From positions 24,017 to 88,016 of the forward strand of contig CAMKWA010000009.1 in the NCBI GenBank assembly GCA_946476835.1: a stretch of 64,000 nt of DNA, given 5' to 3'. The notes beneath the pieces are model-generated. The model was not told the origin of the DNA. It did no database searches and saw nothing but the letters and a program-made list of their open reading frames with translations. Origin of the DNA: an uncultured Neokomagataea sp. (GTDB lineage Bacteria; Pseudomonadota; Alphaproteobacteria; Acetobacterales; Acetobacteraceae). A program made the translations under genes and the position numbers. This document shows positions 19,255 through 28,224 of the stretch, piece by piece (within the stretch, counting starts at the first letter, position 1; the number at the start of each line of letters is the position of its first letter).

Positions 19255-21591
19255 ATGAACCCGGAACACTCAAGAGCAACAAAAGAAATTAAATTAAATA
19301 GTGAATTAACATCAAAAAACACTCAAAAAAATCAAGTAAAAATCACAAAACACACTAACGATAAAAAAGAAACCTTAAATAATGAGTTTATTAAGTTGAA
19401 ATCATTAACCTTCTCAGAAAAACTCAACAACAAATCACTCCAATCCGAAATTAAGGAAATGAAAGAAAAGATAAAAAATTACGAAGAATCATTAAAATAC
19501 ATGGAATCAGAACTTAAAAGTAAAAATAAAAGAAAAATATATGAAATATTTAAAAATAAAAACACAGTAGAGTATAAATACATAACAGAAAACAAAAAAT
19601 TGCGCGTATTGTTTATTTCTGGAGAACCAAATACACCTGGGACTAACTATAGATGTTCTCGCAGCGCCCAAGCATGTATTGATTCTGGATACGAATCCCG
19701 CGTACTTCCATGCGCTGCCATCTCTTATGAGGATATTCAATGGGCCGATATTGCATTCTTATGGCGTGTAGAGTTTAGCGGTCACGTAAGTACAATATTT
19801 GACCTGTGCAAAAAAGAAAATGTCATAACAGTATTCGATACCGATGATATCGTATTCGTTCCTCATTATGCTCGAATAAATATCATTGATGGAATACGGT
19901 CTATTGGCGCCACTGAAGAGAAAATCGAAAGAACATTCTCTGAAATGCGCCGAACGCTTGCACGATGTGATTATGGATCTGTTACAACCCAAGAACTTGC
20001 AACCGAGATGCACGCCCTGCGCCCCAATGTTCATCTCTTACCAAACGTCTATAATCATGAGACTCTCCATCGTTCCCGTAGCCACCTTCGCCTACGTGGA
20101 GAGCCTGGCCGAGAACCTAGCCCGCTCGACATTATTCGAATCGGCTACGCAACCGGATCACGCACACATCAACGCGATTTCGCTCGCGCTTCAAAAGCGA
20201 TTGCAGAAATCCTATCGCTTTATCCCAATGTTCGACTCGTTTTATTTCAAGAAAAAGACAATAAAAAACCCGTTCTACTTATCGAAGAGTTCCCAGAACT
20301 AATCGCTGTTGCGAATCAAATTGAATGGAGGGACATGACACCTCTCTCAGAATTAGCTTACGAATTTGCACGATTCGATATTTCTATTGCCCCTCTCGAA
20401 TCCGACAACGTTTTTTGCAATGCAAAAAGTGAAGTCAAATTCCTAGAAGCCTCCCTCGCCGGGGCCGCATCAATCGTGGCGCGGACGGGCCCATTCCTCC
20501 GCCTCGTTCGTGATGGTGAAACCGGCCTTTTTGCGGATAGCATTGAAGAATGGCGCGAAACCTTAATCACACTTATCGAAAACCCCGCCCAGCGCATCCG
20601 CCTAGCGCGCAACGCTTACCATGACGTTTTGTATAGTTTTGGCCCCGTAGCCCAAGCACGCCGCATGAAACGGGCTATTCTCTCTATGCAAAGTGAAGAA
20701 AAAGCCGCCCTTGCCGGAGAACTACATTTTGCCGAAATGCTACGCGGCCGCCCAGAACTACCCGTCATCCCGGAAAGTGAAACGCTCTTTTATAATGACC
20801 GCCTTGGCGACGCACGCGTTACCGTCGTCATCACATCTTATAATTATGCAGATTACCTTCTAGACGCCCTCACCTCTGTTGAAGAACAAACCGAGGAGCT
20901 TCTTGACCTCATTGTCATTGATGACGGCTCATCCGACGGGTCACCGGAGATCATTCGTTTGTGGATGGAGCGCAAAACAACACGCTTTAACCGCCTTGTC
21001 TTACGCCGCTCTTGTGAAAATTCAGGCCTTGGCGGTGCCCGCAACATCGGCATGGATGCCGCCGAAACGCCGTATATTGTCCACCTTGATGCCGATAATC
21101 GCCTCCGCCCGAATGCATGCCGCACACTTGCTGATGCCATGGAGCATGATACCGCTTTCTCCTACCCTACCATTGAGTGCTTCAACGAACACGGCCCCGT
21201 CATCGCGGACTATGACCCGGACTTTCCACAACCACCCGGCACCCCACTCTCCCTCAGTAACCTACGCTACAACCCCTTTGCTCTCGTCTCAGGCAATCAA
21301 ATTGATGCTATGGCGCTCGTCACAAAATGGGCATGGGCTGCCGTTGGTGGGTATTACGTCTCTCGTGACGCTATGGGCTGGGAAGATTTTGACCTCTGGT
21401 GCAGCTTTGCAGAACACGGCTTTGCCGGAAAACATGTTCCAGAAGTTCTCGCAGAATACCGCCATCATGCTGGCGCAATGACAAATACGTCAACAGAAGT
21501 GGCTGACCGAAAAGAGAGAATCGTGAACTTCGTTCAAAAGCGCCATCCGTGGATACGCCTCTCGGTCGCCGGAGCCAAACAGCGGCAATAA
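19255..21591 (+). CDS. Multidomain glycosyltransferase
   Basis: The N-terminal extension is Lys/Asn/Glu-rich and coiled-coil-like. The central domain is a GT-B-like paralog of the one in the 14793..17477 product. The GT2 block reads VTVVITSYNYADYL...VIDDGSSDGS...HLDADN. The first ~115 codons are encoded by very AT-rich DNA yet stay stop-free. Confidence 0.75.
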   Translation: MNPEHSRATKEIKLNSELTSKNTQKNQVKITKHTNDKKETLNNEFIKLKSLTFSEKLNNKSLQSEIKEMKEKIKNYEESLKYMESELKSKNKRKIYEIFKNKNTVEYKYITENKKLRVLFISGEPNTPGTNYRCSRSAQACIDSGYESRVLPCAAISYEDIQWADIAFLWRVEFSGHVSTIFDLCKKENVITVFDTDDIVFVPHYARINIIDGIRSIGATEEKIERTFSEMRRTLARCDYGSVTTQELATEMHALRPNVHLLPNVYNHETLHRSRSHLRLRGEPGREPSPLDIIRIGYATGSRTHQRDFARASKAIAEILSLYPNVRLVLFQEKDNKKPVLLIEEFPELIAVANQIEWRDMTPLSELAYEFARFDISIAPLESDNVFCNAKSEVKFLEASLAGAASIVARTGPFLRLVRDGETGLFADSIEEWRETLITLIENPAQRIRLARNAYHDVLYSFGPVAQARRMKRAILSMQSEEKAALAGELHFAEMLRGRPELPVIPESETLFYNDRLGDARVTVVITSYNYADYLLDALTSVEEQTEELLDLIVIDDGSSDGSPEIIRLWMERKTTRFNRLVLRRSCENSGLGGARNIGMDAAETPYIVHLDADNRLRPNACRTLADAMEHDTAFSYPTIECFNEHGPVIADYDPDFPQPPGTPLSLSNLRYNPFALVSGNQIDAMALVTKWAWAAVGGYYVSRDAMGWEDFDLWCSFAEHGFAGKHVPEVLAEYRHHAGAMTNTSTEVADRKERIVNFVQKRHPWIRLSVAGAKQRQ

Positions 21592-21767
21592 TACGTCGAG
21601 CATTCACAAGCAGAGCAAGAGCCGTATGGTGCAAAAAACGCCAACGGCTCCCCGAACACTTTACCTACACACAAAAGAAGCCAAAGGTAGTTCTATCAAT
21701 ATAATAAAACACGAGAACCTCTGCTCCTCCGACCACAAATCGGGCTGCACAAAGAGCATAAAATACC

Positions 21768-23789
21768 TTAAGCCTGCGGAATATTTTGCTCGATATCATC
21801 AAGCCATATACGCGCATTCCCATCTGATGGAGCCCGCCAATCTCCGCGGGGCGACAATGAACCACCCGCCACAATTTTGGGGCCGTTCGGCATCGCAGAA
21901 CGCTTAAACTGACTCGTCGCAAAAAAGCGCCGCATAAAGACTGTCATCCAATGGCGAATATCCGCCAAAGTATACGCCTTACGTTGATCCTCTGGATAAT
22001 GAACAGGCCACTGTCCAACCCCCAGATCCGACCAGGCCTTCTCCGCCATAAACGCAATACGTGACGGCTTAAACCCGTAGCGCAACACATAATACAGCGT
22101 AAAATCCTGCAAAGCATACGGCCCGATAAAAGACTCGGTACTCTGTACCCCTTGCCCAGAATCCGGCACCAACTCAGGCGATATCTCTGCACTGACAATA
22201 GTATTCAAAATCTCTGGAAGATCCGTACCCAACTTACCTTCACGAGCAATCCAACGAATCACATGCTGTATCAACGTCTTCGGCAAACCCGCATTCACAT
22301 TATAATGCGCCATCTGGTCACCCACGCCATACGTGCACCAGCCCAAAGCAAGCTCCGATAAGTCACCAGTTCCCACGACAATACCATGATGATGGTTTGC
22401 CAAACGGAACAGAAAATCCGTTCGCAAACCCGCCTGAACATTTTCAAACGTCACATCATGAACCGCCTCCCCACGCGCATAAGGATGACCTATACCACTC
22501 AACATTGTGCGCGCCGTTGGGCGGATATCCAGTTCCTCCGCCTGCACACCAAGAGCTGCCATCAAACGATGCGCATACCCCAAACTTTCAGCGCCTGTCC
22601 CAAAACCCGGCATCGTATAAGCCCGCACCTGATTGCGTGACCAACCAAGCTCATCCGCTGCACGAACAGCCACCAACAACGCCAACGTACTGTCTAAACC
22701 GCCAGAGACACCAATCACAGCACAGGCTGAACGGCTCGCTTCCAAACGTCGCCGCAAAGCACTGACCTGTATCGTCCATGCCTCGTAACAATCACGCGCC
22801 AATGTCTGAGACGAATCCGGGACAAACGGAAAACGCGCCACCGTTCGTAAAAGACCTAAATCTTCTAATGACGGGTCTAGAGTAAACTCCACCACACGGA
22901 AGCGCTCTGCACCATCCCCGAACTGCCCAACCCGCATACGCTCCTGCCGCAACAAGGCAAGATCGACATCCGCCATCACCAAACGCTCCCCTTGCGGAAA
23001 ACGCTCCGATTCCGCGAGTAAACGCCCGGCTTCATGAATCGTCACTTGCCCATCCCAAGCAAGATCGGTCGTCGATTCCCCTTCCCCAGCGGCCGCATAC
23101 ACATACGCTGTTAAAGTCCGCATGGATTGGGACTGGCACAGCAACATACGATCATCCGTTCGCCCGACCGTTACAGGTGAAGCTGAAGGATTCAGAATAA
23201 TGCGCGCCCCTGCCTGCGCCAACGCGCCACTTGGTGGGTTCGCAACCCACAAATCCTCACAAATTTCTACACCAAACACCAAATCCGGCACATCATGCGC
23301 CCGGAACAAAAGGTCCGTCCCAAACGGAACCTCTTCACCACCCCACAACACCGTCGTGGACACATGACGACCAGAGGTAAAATGCCGTGGCTCATAAAAC
23401 TCGCGATAACGCGGCAAATACGTTTTGGGCACAAATCCAAGAACTTGCCCCCGCTGCACAACCGCAGCAACGTTATACAGGCGCTCCCCAACCACCCATG
23501 GCAGCCCTAAAACCGCAACCGTTTTACAGGTTTCAACACGCGCACAAAATGCCTTCAAAGCATCCCGCGTTGCATCCAAAACAACATCCTGAAAACGCAA
23601 ATCATCCAACGTATATCCCGTGAGGCCAAGCTCTGGGAAAACGATAACCGCCACACCCTCACGGTCACATCGCTGCACAATGTCCGCCATGCGTTCCGCA
23701 TTAGCCGCTGGATCCGCCAATATCACTGGCAATGTACACGCGGCAACACGCGCAAAACCCTGATGGTACAGAGAATGGAATACACCCAT
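21768..23789 (-). CDS. nadE: Glutamine-dependent NAD+ synthetase (long form with N-terminal CN-hydrolase domain)
   Basis: An N-terminal nitrilase-like domain followed by the GVSGGLDSTLAL PP-loop motif. Confidence 0.9.
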   Translation of the reverse strand: MGVFHSLYHQGFARVAACTLPVILADPAANAERMADIVQRCDREGVAVIVFPELGLTGYTLDDLRFQDVVLDATRDALKAFCARVETCKTVAVLGLPWVVGERLYNVAAVVQRGQVLGFVPKTYLPRYREFYEPRHFTSGRHVSTTVLWGGEEVPFGTDLLFRAHDVPDLVFGVEICEDLWVANPPSGALAQAGARIILNPSASPVTVGRTDDRMLLCQSQSMRTLTAYVYAAAGEGESTTDLAWDGQVTIHEAGRLLAESERFPQGERLVMADVDLALLRQERMRVGQFGDGAERFRVVEFTLDPSLEDLGLLRTVARFPFVPDSSQTLARDCYEAWTIQVSALRRRLEASRSACAVIGVSGGLDSTLALLVAVRAADELGWSRNQVRAYTMPGFGTGAESLGYAHRLMAALGVQAEELDIRPTARTMLSGIGHPYARGEAVHDVTFENVQAGLRTDFLFRLANHHHGIVVGTGDLSELALGWCTYGVGDQMAHYNVNAGLPKTLIQHVIRWIAREGKLGTDLPEILNTIVSAEISPELVPDSGQGVQSTESFIGPYALQDFTLYYVLRYGFKPSRIAFMAEKAWSDLGVGQWPVHYPEDQRKAYTLADIRHWMTVFMRRFFATSQFKRSAMPNGPKIVAGGSLSPRGDWRAPSDGNARIWLDDIEQNIPQA

Positions 23790-23837
23790 AAAGAAAGGCC
23801 CCTCTACACAATCTCAGCAGCGATGTTGCACGCAGAA

Positions 23838-24353
23838 CTAGCGCAATTGACGCAAAAGGCGCGCCGTTCCCAACAGCCCTAAAACCCCAACAACACAAGC
23901 ATATAAGCCACCCCACTCCGTCATAGAGACAGGTAGACCCAACAAATAATCTGGAGAATCACATGGCTTACTCGGGCGCTGTGGCAAGCTCGCCATCCAT
24001 GCACGGAAGTCCCCGCCATGGAAAACCGGCGCACGACATTCCGGTGCCGGGCTAGGCCACCAATGATACTCAACCCCCGTATGTAAAACCGCCAAACCGA
24101 CACTCACGGTCACACATGCTAGCCCTAAATACGCAACAGGCGGTGCATAACGGCGCGGCACTGCCAGCAAAATAAAACCAATAACGCTCAGCACACGCCA
24201 CGGCCACCGCTCCCACAAACAGAGCTCGCACGGCACAAGGCCCAACCAATGTTCTGCAGACCATGCCACGCTGAGCGCAACCAAACCGGCCGCTAAAAAC
24301 AACCACCCTACGCGGTTCGCATTATCTGGACGGTTCCGACGGAAAAGCGTCAT
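23838..24353 (-). CDS. dsbB: Disulfide bond formation protein B family
   Basis: Four predicted TM segments with a CELC (CxxC) pair in the first periplasmic loop and a second Cys pair later in the protein. Confidence 0.7.
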   Translation of the reverse strand: MTLFRRNRPDNANRVGWLFLAAGLVALSVAWSAEHWLGLVPCELCLWERWPWRVLSVIGFILLAVPRRYAPPVAYLGLACVTVSVGLAVLHTGVEYHWWPSPAPECRAPVFHGGDFRAWMASLPQRPSKPCDSPDYLLGLPVSMTEWGGLYACVVGVLGLLGTARLLRQLR

Positions 24354-24438
24354 GAAAGGGCCCTTTCGGGTGCTTTACTAAATGTCTCAAGAAACAAATA
24401 TGCGCACTACAAAAACACGCATATCCACCATCATTATA

Positions 24439-25104
24439 TCACTGCAAACCCGGATCCACCGCTTCAGGCGGCGCGAGATCTGAAGGAGCAGACTTCTGTT
24501 GAGGCTGTGCAGACGGAGCAGACGGCGCCAAACTTGTGGCCGCATTATCCGGCGGCGCCAACGGAATCGGTGCCTGCGCATCCGGCACGAGAGGTACAGG
24601 CGCACCACTCCCACCATCCCCAGCAACCTCTGACGCATCACCGCCCGGCAGAACAGGCTTCTGCGGCACAGGAAGAGGCCCCGGATTCGGCGCAACAGAG
24701 GCACCGCCACAAGACACAACCCGTACATCATAAAGCGGGCTGCCATACACAGCGATACCCGGCTCATTCGCCATCATCCACCCATCAAATGGCGGGCGGG
24801 TCGTATCACCAGCATCACGCAAATGCAGTAACGCCCCCGCATCTTCTGCCAAACTCGGAGGACGACTGACACAGGCTTCTACCGCGATGGACAACGTCCG
24901 ATACGTCATCGTGCTGCCGACAGGGACTGAAATAGTTTCAAGATGAGCATCAAGCCGATTCAGCACATGCAACACCGCTTCACTCCGGCCTTGCCACAGT
25001 TGCGGAGCATACATAGCGGGTGGTGTCACCCCAACGGCTGCCTGCGCCTCACACATCATGCCTAACGTCATCGCGCTCAGCGCGACAAGCGAACGCCGAA
25101 TCAT
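24439..25104 (-). CDS. DUF2155-like secreted protein with Pro-rich C-terminal extension
   Basis: It has a signal peptide (MIRRSLVALSAMTLGMMCEAQA). The core resembles the DUF2155 proteins commonly found beside mlaD in alphaproteobacteria (from recollection). Confidence 0.5.
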   Translation of the reverse strand: MIRRSLVALSAMTLGMMCEAQAAVGVTPPAMYAPQLWQGRSEAVLHVLNRLDAHLETISVPVGSTMTYRTLSIAVEACVSRPPSLAEDAGALLHLRDAGDTTRPPFDGWMMANEPGIAVYGSPLYDVRVVSCGGASVAPNPGPLPVPQKPVLPGGDASEVAGDGGSGAPVPLVPDAQAPIPLAPPDNAATSLAPSAPSAQPQQKSAPSDLAPPEAVDPGLQ

Positions 25105-25331
25105 GCTTTACTCTTCCCTTCATCGTTCGCCGTCAAAGCCGCTGTGGGGTCTTTCAAAGCCGCCAAAGCCTCTTGAAAAGAGTGCAGCATGGACTCTGCC
25201 GTTGCCCCCATCAGAATTCCGTCTTCAAACGCATCCTGAAGCACTTGGCGCAATTCTGCATCATTTTCACGCAGAACACGTAACTTCTCAACACAAGAGA
25301 GCGGCGCTCCCTCTTTATCCTGCCATATCAT
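25101..25331 (-). CDS. Small hypothetical protein (76 aa)
   Basis: Its stop overlaps the downstream start by 4 nt (ATGA), and it lies 32 nt after the mlaD stop. I recognise no motif. Confidence 0.4.
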   Translation of the reverse strand: MIWQDKEGAPLSCVEKLRVLRENDAELRQVLQDAFEDGILMGATAESMLHSFQEALAALKDPTAALTANDEGKSKA

Positions 25332-25362
25332 GTGCTCAGTGCCCCCTCATTCATGAGAACGC

Positions 25363-25911
25363 TTATGGCTCGTCAGACAAACCGCCATGCGTTGGCGCAG
25401 CAGCACTCGCAGGTTTATCCGCGCTCTTGGCCTTTTGGAGAGTATCCGTCACGGAGAAGATAAATTTGCTCAACAGTTGCTCAAGACTAATAGAACCCTG
25501 AGTTTCCGTCATAACGCCACCCGCCTGAACACTATGGTCTGACCCGCCGGGAGAAAGCGCAATATATTTACCCCCCAACAAACTGTCCGACGTAATAATG
25601 GCCGCTGTATCAACGGGCAGCTTTACGTTAGGCGCCACACTAAACGTCACCTGTGCTTGAAACGTTTTTGGATCAACCGTCTCTGCCGTCACATGTCCGA
25701 CCGTAATACCGGCCAAACGGACATCAGACCCCACATCCAATCCATCAATTTGGCTAAACGCCGCATGTACGGGGTACCCCGCATCATCACTAGAGCGGTT
25801 ACCCATCACGGCCACCACCAGCACGACCACCAGCAAAACGAGCACACCACACCCGGTGATAAACTCTTTACTCGCCAAAGAGCTGCTACGTCCCGTTGCT
25901 GCTGTATTCAT
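25363..25911 (-). CDS. mlaD: MlaD family (MCE domain) lipid-transport protein
   Basis: An N-terminal TM segment followed by an MCE domain (AAFSQIDGLDVGSDVRLAGITVGHV...SDSLLGGKYIALSPG). I set the start at ATG 25911, because the longer ORF extension has no MlaD-like sequence. Confidence 0.8.
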   Translation of the reverse strand: MNTAATGRSSSLASKEFITGCGVLVLLVVVLVVAVMGNRSSDDAGYPVHAAFSQIDGLDVGSDVRLAGITVGHVTAETVDPKTFQAQVTFSVAPNVKLPVDTAAIITSDSLLGGKYIALSPGGSDHSVQAGGVMTETQGSISLEQLLSKFIFSVTDTLQKAKSADKPASAAAPTHGGLSDEP

Positions 25912-26142
25912 AGACACTGCACCCCAGAAACCCTGTCGCAAGACTACGATCAGGGGCAAAAAAATCATCTCACTACCGTCTAGCGGCTTCCTGCCCCGCC
26001 GTCCAATTCCACACATCTCGTACATCGTGCAGACCAAGAAAAATGTTATCCCCCATATCCCCATCTTTACGGGTATTGTTCCGGGTTTCAGAGCCTTTTT
26101 CCCGCTTTCGCCATCACCAGACAGAGGCGTAAGCTTCTCACC

Positions 26143-27717
26143 ATGACAGCCCGCCTTCACTGGACCGGCGTCCGGATGAGGACGCTTCAGGTCACCACCG
26201 ACCCTGATGACAGCGCTACCCGTGCCGTCACCCTCCCCGCTGCATGGGATGATGCCGCTGCGGAAGCGCTTGCGCGTCTTGCACCGGGAGAAGGCCCCGT
26301 ACGTCTCGCGACTGAAGCTGCGCGCTGGGTTGATACAATTGATGCGTGCCTGCCCCTTCCCGGCACCCCGGCCAATACGCCTCCCCTTGGGCAGGCATTA
26401 TCATGCCTCTTATTGCTCCGGCAGATTGCTCCAAATGCTGCCATATGGCAGCGTGACCCTGAAGGAACACCCGGCTTTGTCCTGCGTCTTTCAGCGTTTG
26501 TTGAAGATGGGGCATTCGCGGGAGAGCATTTTGCCACGTCCCTAGCGGTTATCTGTGACGCGCTGCGCCGCCTTCAGGGCGACCAAGCATCCGAACGCAG
26601 CGGCGCATTACCGCTCTTCGATGCACCAGACATCACTCCCAAAGACCCAGCTGGCCTCATCTTACTGACCGATCTGGATGCTTTCCTTGCAGCCATTGGC
26701 CTTGATTATGATAGCGATGATGGCCGCGCTGCAGCCCAAGCCCTCACAGCGCTCACCACCACTATCGCTCGGGCTGGCACCTTACTCACCGGCCCCGATA
26801 TCCCAGACTCTCCCTTAAACGGCTTACGTGATTTTGCAGCCCGCTCTTTGCCAGAGGCCGCAGCGCATCATGATGCACTCACCCTAGCCCCAATCCAAAC
26901 CGGCTTTTCTAGCCCCGGCCCTGTTGATGGGTTGTTGGATGTTGAGGCCTGCGGCCTAAGCCCTATCTTTTCACCCACGCGCGAAGATGGGCGTTTGCGG
27001 CAAGCCACACTCAATCGTTTGGAACACCGCGGCTTGCAGCCTCACTCCGCTTTGGCGTTAGCACTCTCCGGCACCAACCCTCTGCCACCAACAAGCCCCG
27101 AAGCGCATGAACGTATGCATCATGCCCTACAGGGTTTAACAGATTTCATGCCGGAATTACCCGAACCCGAATATGCGCGCATGCGTGCCAAACTGGAGCG
27201 TGGCGTACGCCGCCCCTTACCGAATCGACAACGCGGCTTCACTCAGCGCACTGCCATTGGCGGTCACAGCCTCTTCATGCGCACAAGTGAGTTCGATGAT
27301 GGCTCACTCGGTGAAATCAATCTCGTACCGGCACGCGAAAGTGCAATGGCACGCGGCCTGATGGAATGCCTCGGCCAGGCTGTGAGTATCGGCCTACAGC
27401 ACGGCGCACCTTTAGGGGCCTTTGTTGAACGATTCGCTTACACGCGCTTCGGAGCAGCAGGCACCGTCGAAGGTGACCCCAATATGAGCTATGCTTCCTC
27501 TATGGTGGATTACGCCTTCCGGACCCTGTCAGAAGCCTATCTTAATCACCCCCTGCCAGATGCTCCTCAACTCTCCGTAGAGAAAGAGGACCCCGCCCCT
27601 ATGCTCCCCCTTGATATTCGTGGTGGCACACAAGACACAGCCGCACACGGAATTGAGAAAAGCAATGGAGAAGGGGGGGCAAAAGGCCGCCGTAGACGCC
27701 TGCGCTTGGTCAGTTGA
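26143..27717 (+). CDS. Hypothetical protein with a C-terminal region resembling the C-terminal (TSCPD-type) segment of class II ribonucleotide reductases
   Basis: The C-terminal segment (IGGHSLFMRTSEFDDGSLGEINL...GLQHGAPLGAFVERFAYTRFGAAGTVEGDPNM.YASSMVDYAFRTL) recalls the NrdJ C-terminal block. The N-terminal ~350 aa are Ala/Leu/Pro-rich and unassigned. The start may instead be ATG 26176. Confidence 0.4.
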   Translation: MTARLHWTGVRMRTLQVTTDPDDSATRAVTLPAAWDDAAAEALARLAPGEGPVRLATEAARWVDTIDACLPLPGTPANTPPLGQALSCLLLLRQIAPNAAIWQRDPEGTPGFVLRLSAFVEDGAFAGEHFATSLAVICDALRRLQGDQASERSGALPLFDAPDITPKDPAGLILLTDLDAFLAAIGLDYDSDDGRAAAQALTALTTTIARAGTLLTGPDIPDSPLNGLRDFAARSLPEAAAHHDALTLAPIQTGFSSPGPVDGLLDVEACGLSPIFSPTREDGRLRQATLNRLEHRGLQPHSALALALSGTNPLPPTSPEAHERMHHALQGLTDFMPELPEPEYARMRAKLERGVRRPLPNRQRGFTQRTAIGGHSLFMRTSEFDDGSLGEINLVPARESAMARGLMECLGQAVSIGLQHGAPLGAFVERFAYTRFGAAGTVEGDPNMSYASSMVDYAFRTLSEAYLNHPLPDAPQLSVEKEDPAPMLPLDIRGGTQDTAAHGIEKSNGEGGAKGRRRRLRLVS

Positions 27718-27741
27718 AACACGCAGGTTTGATACTTCGCA

Positions 27742-27770
27742 TTGACACCGCAAGGAGTCGTCGGTAGCAA
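27742..27770 (+). promoter_or_regulatory. Candidate promoter of the atp F0 operon
   Basis: TTGACA, then 17 nt, then TAGCAA, about 80 nt upstream of the atpI start. Confidence 0.3.
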
Positions 27771-27849
27771 GCCCGATACGTAGGTTAGCGTTCGGAAGAT
27801 CTTCTTCCTAACAAGACCACACGTGCTGGACTAAGAGGGTTCAATTAAC

Positions 27850-28224
27850 GTGGTTCACCGTCCTTCCGAAAAGGAAGAAAGCTTCACCAAACGGCTCGCC
27901 CGCGCGGATGAAAAACTTTCTCCCAAAAAACGGTCTAAAAAGGCAGGTGCATCCTCCTCATCCGATGGTAACAAAACGCTTTCTGAGTTCGGCGTTGCCA
28001 TGCGATTAGGAACAGAACTCGCCGCTGGTCTAGCCGTCGGAGTAGCGATCGGGTACGCTCTCGGTTGTTGGCTGGGATACAAAGTCGTGTTCATCATGAT
28101 TTTTGCCCTGCTTGGATGTGGTGCCGGCATGATAAATGCTTGGCGAGTTTTAAATGGGCCAGCCCTCCTGGCAGGCCCCACTAATAACGGGAGAAGCCAG
28201 CGTGGCTGCCGGATCGACGATTGA
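27850..28224 (+). CDS. atpI: ATP synthase protein I (AtpI-like)
   Basis: Small protein with two TM segments (LAAGLAVGVAIGYALGCWLG...), a GTG start, and a position directly upstream of atpB. Confidence 0.7.
   Translation: MVHRPSEKEESFTKRLARADEKLSPKKRSKKAGASSSSDGNKTLSEFGVAMRLGTELAAGLAVGVAIGYALGCWLGYKVVFIMIFALLGCGAGMINAWRVLNGPALLAGPTNNGRSQRGCRIDD

Noticed and set aside
13813-21591. Calling the glycosyltransferase/repeat-protein locus (or the 57.8-62.5 kb locus) a genomic island or mobile element.
   Set aside because: Only compositional patchiness is visible. No integrase, transposase, flanking direct repeats or tRNA attachment site is present in the window.
21592-21767. Short ORFs (21626..21907 plus strand, 21665..21922 minus strand) in and around the convergent gap between the 778-aa glycosyltransferase and nadE.
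   Set aside because: They overlap the 3' end of nadE and show no motifs, and the region contains no convincing hairpin or RNA structure that I could see.
25912-26160. N-terminal 83-codon extension of the mlaD ORF in the ORF track.
   Set aside because: The extension has no MlaD-like sequence and would overlap the divergent 26143 gene. The ATG at 25911 gives the canonical short cytoplasmic N-terminus plus a TM segment.
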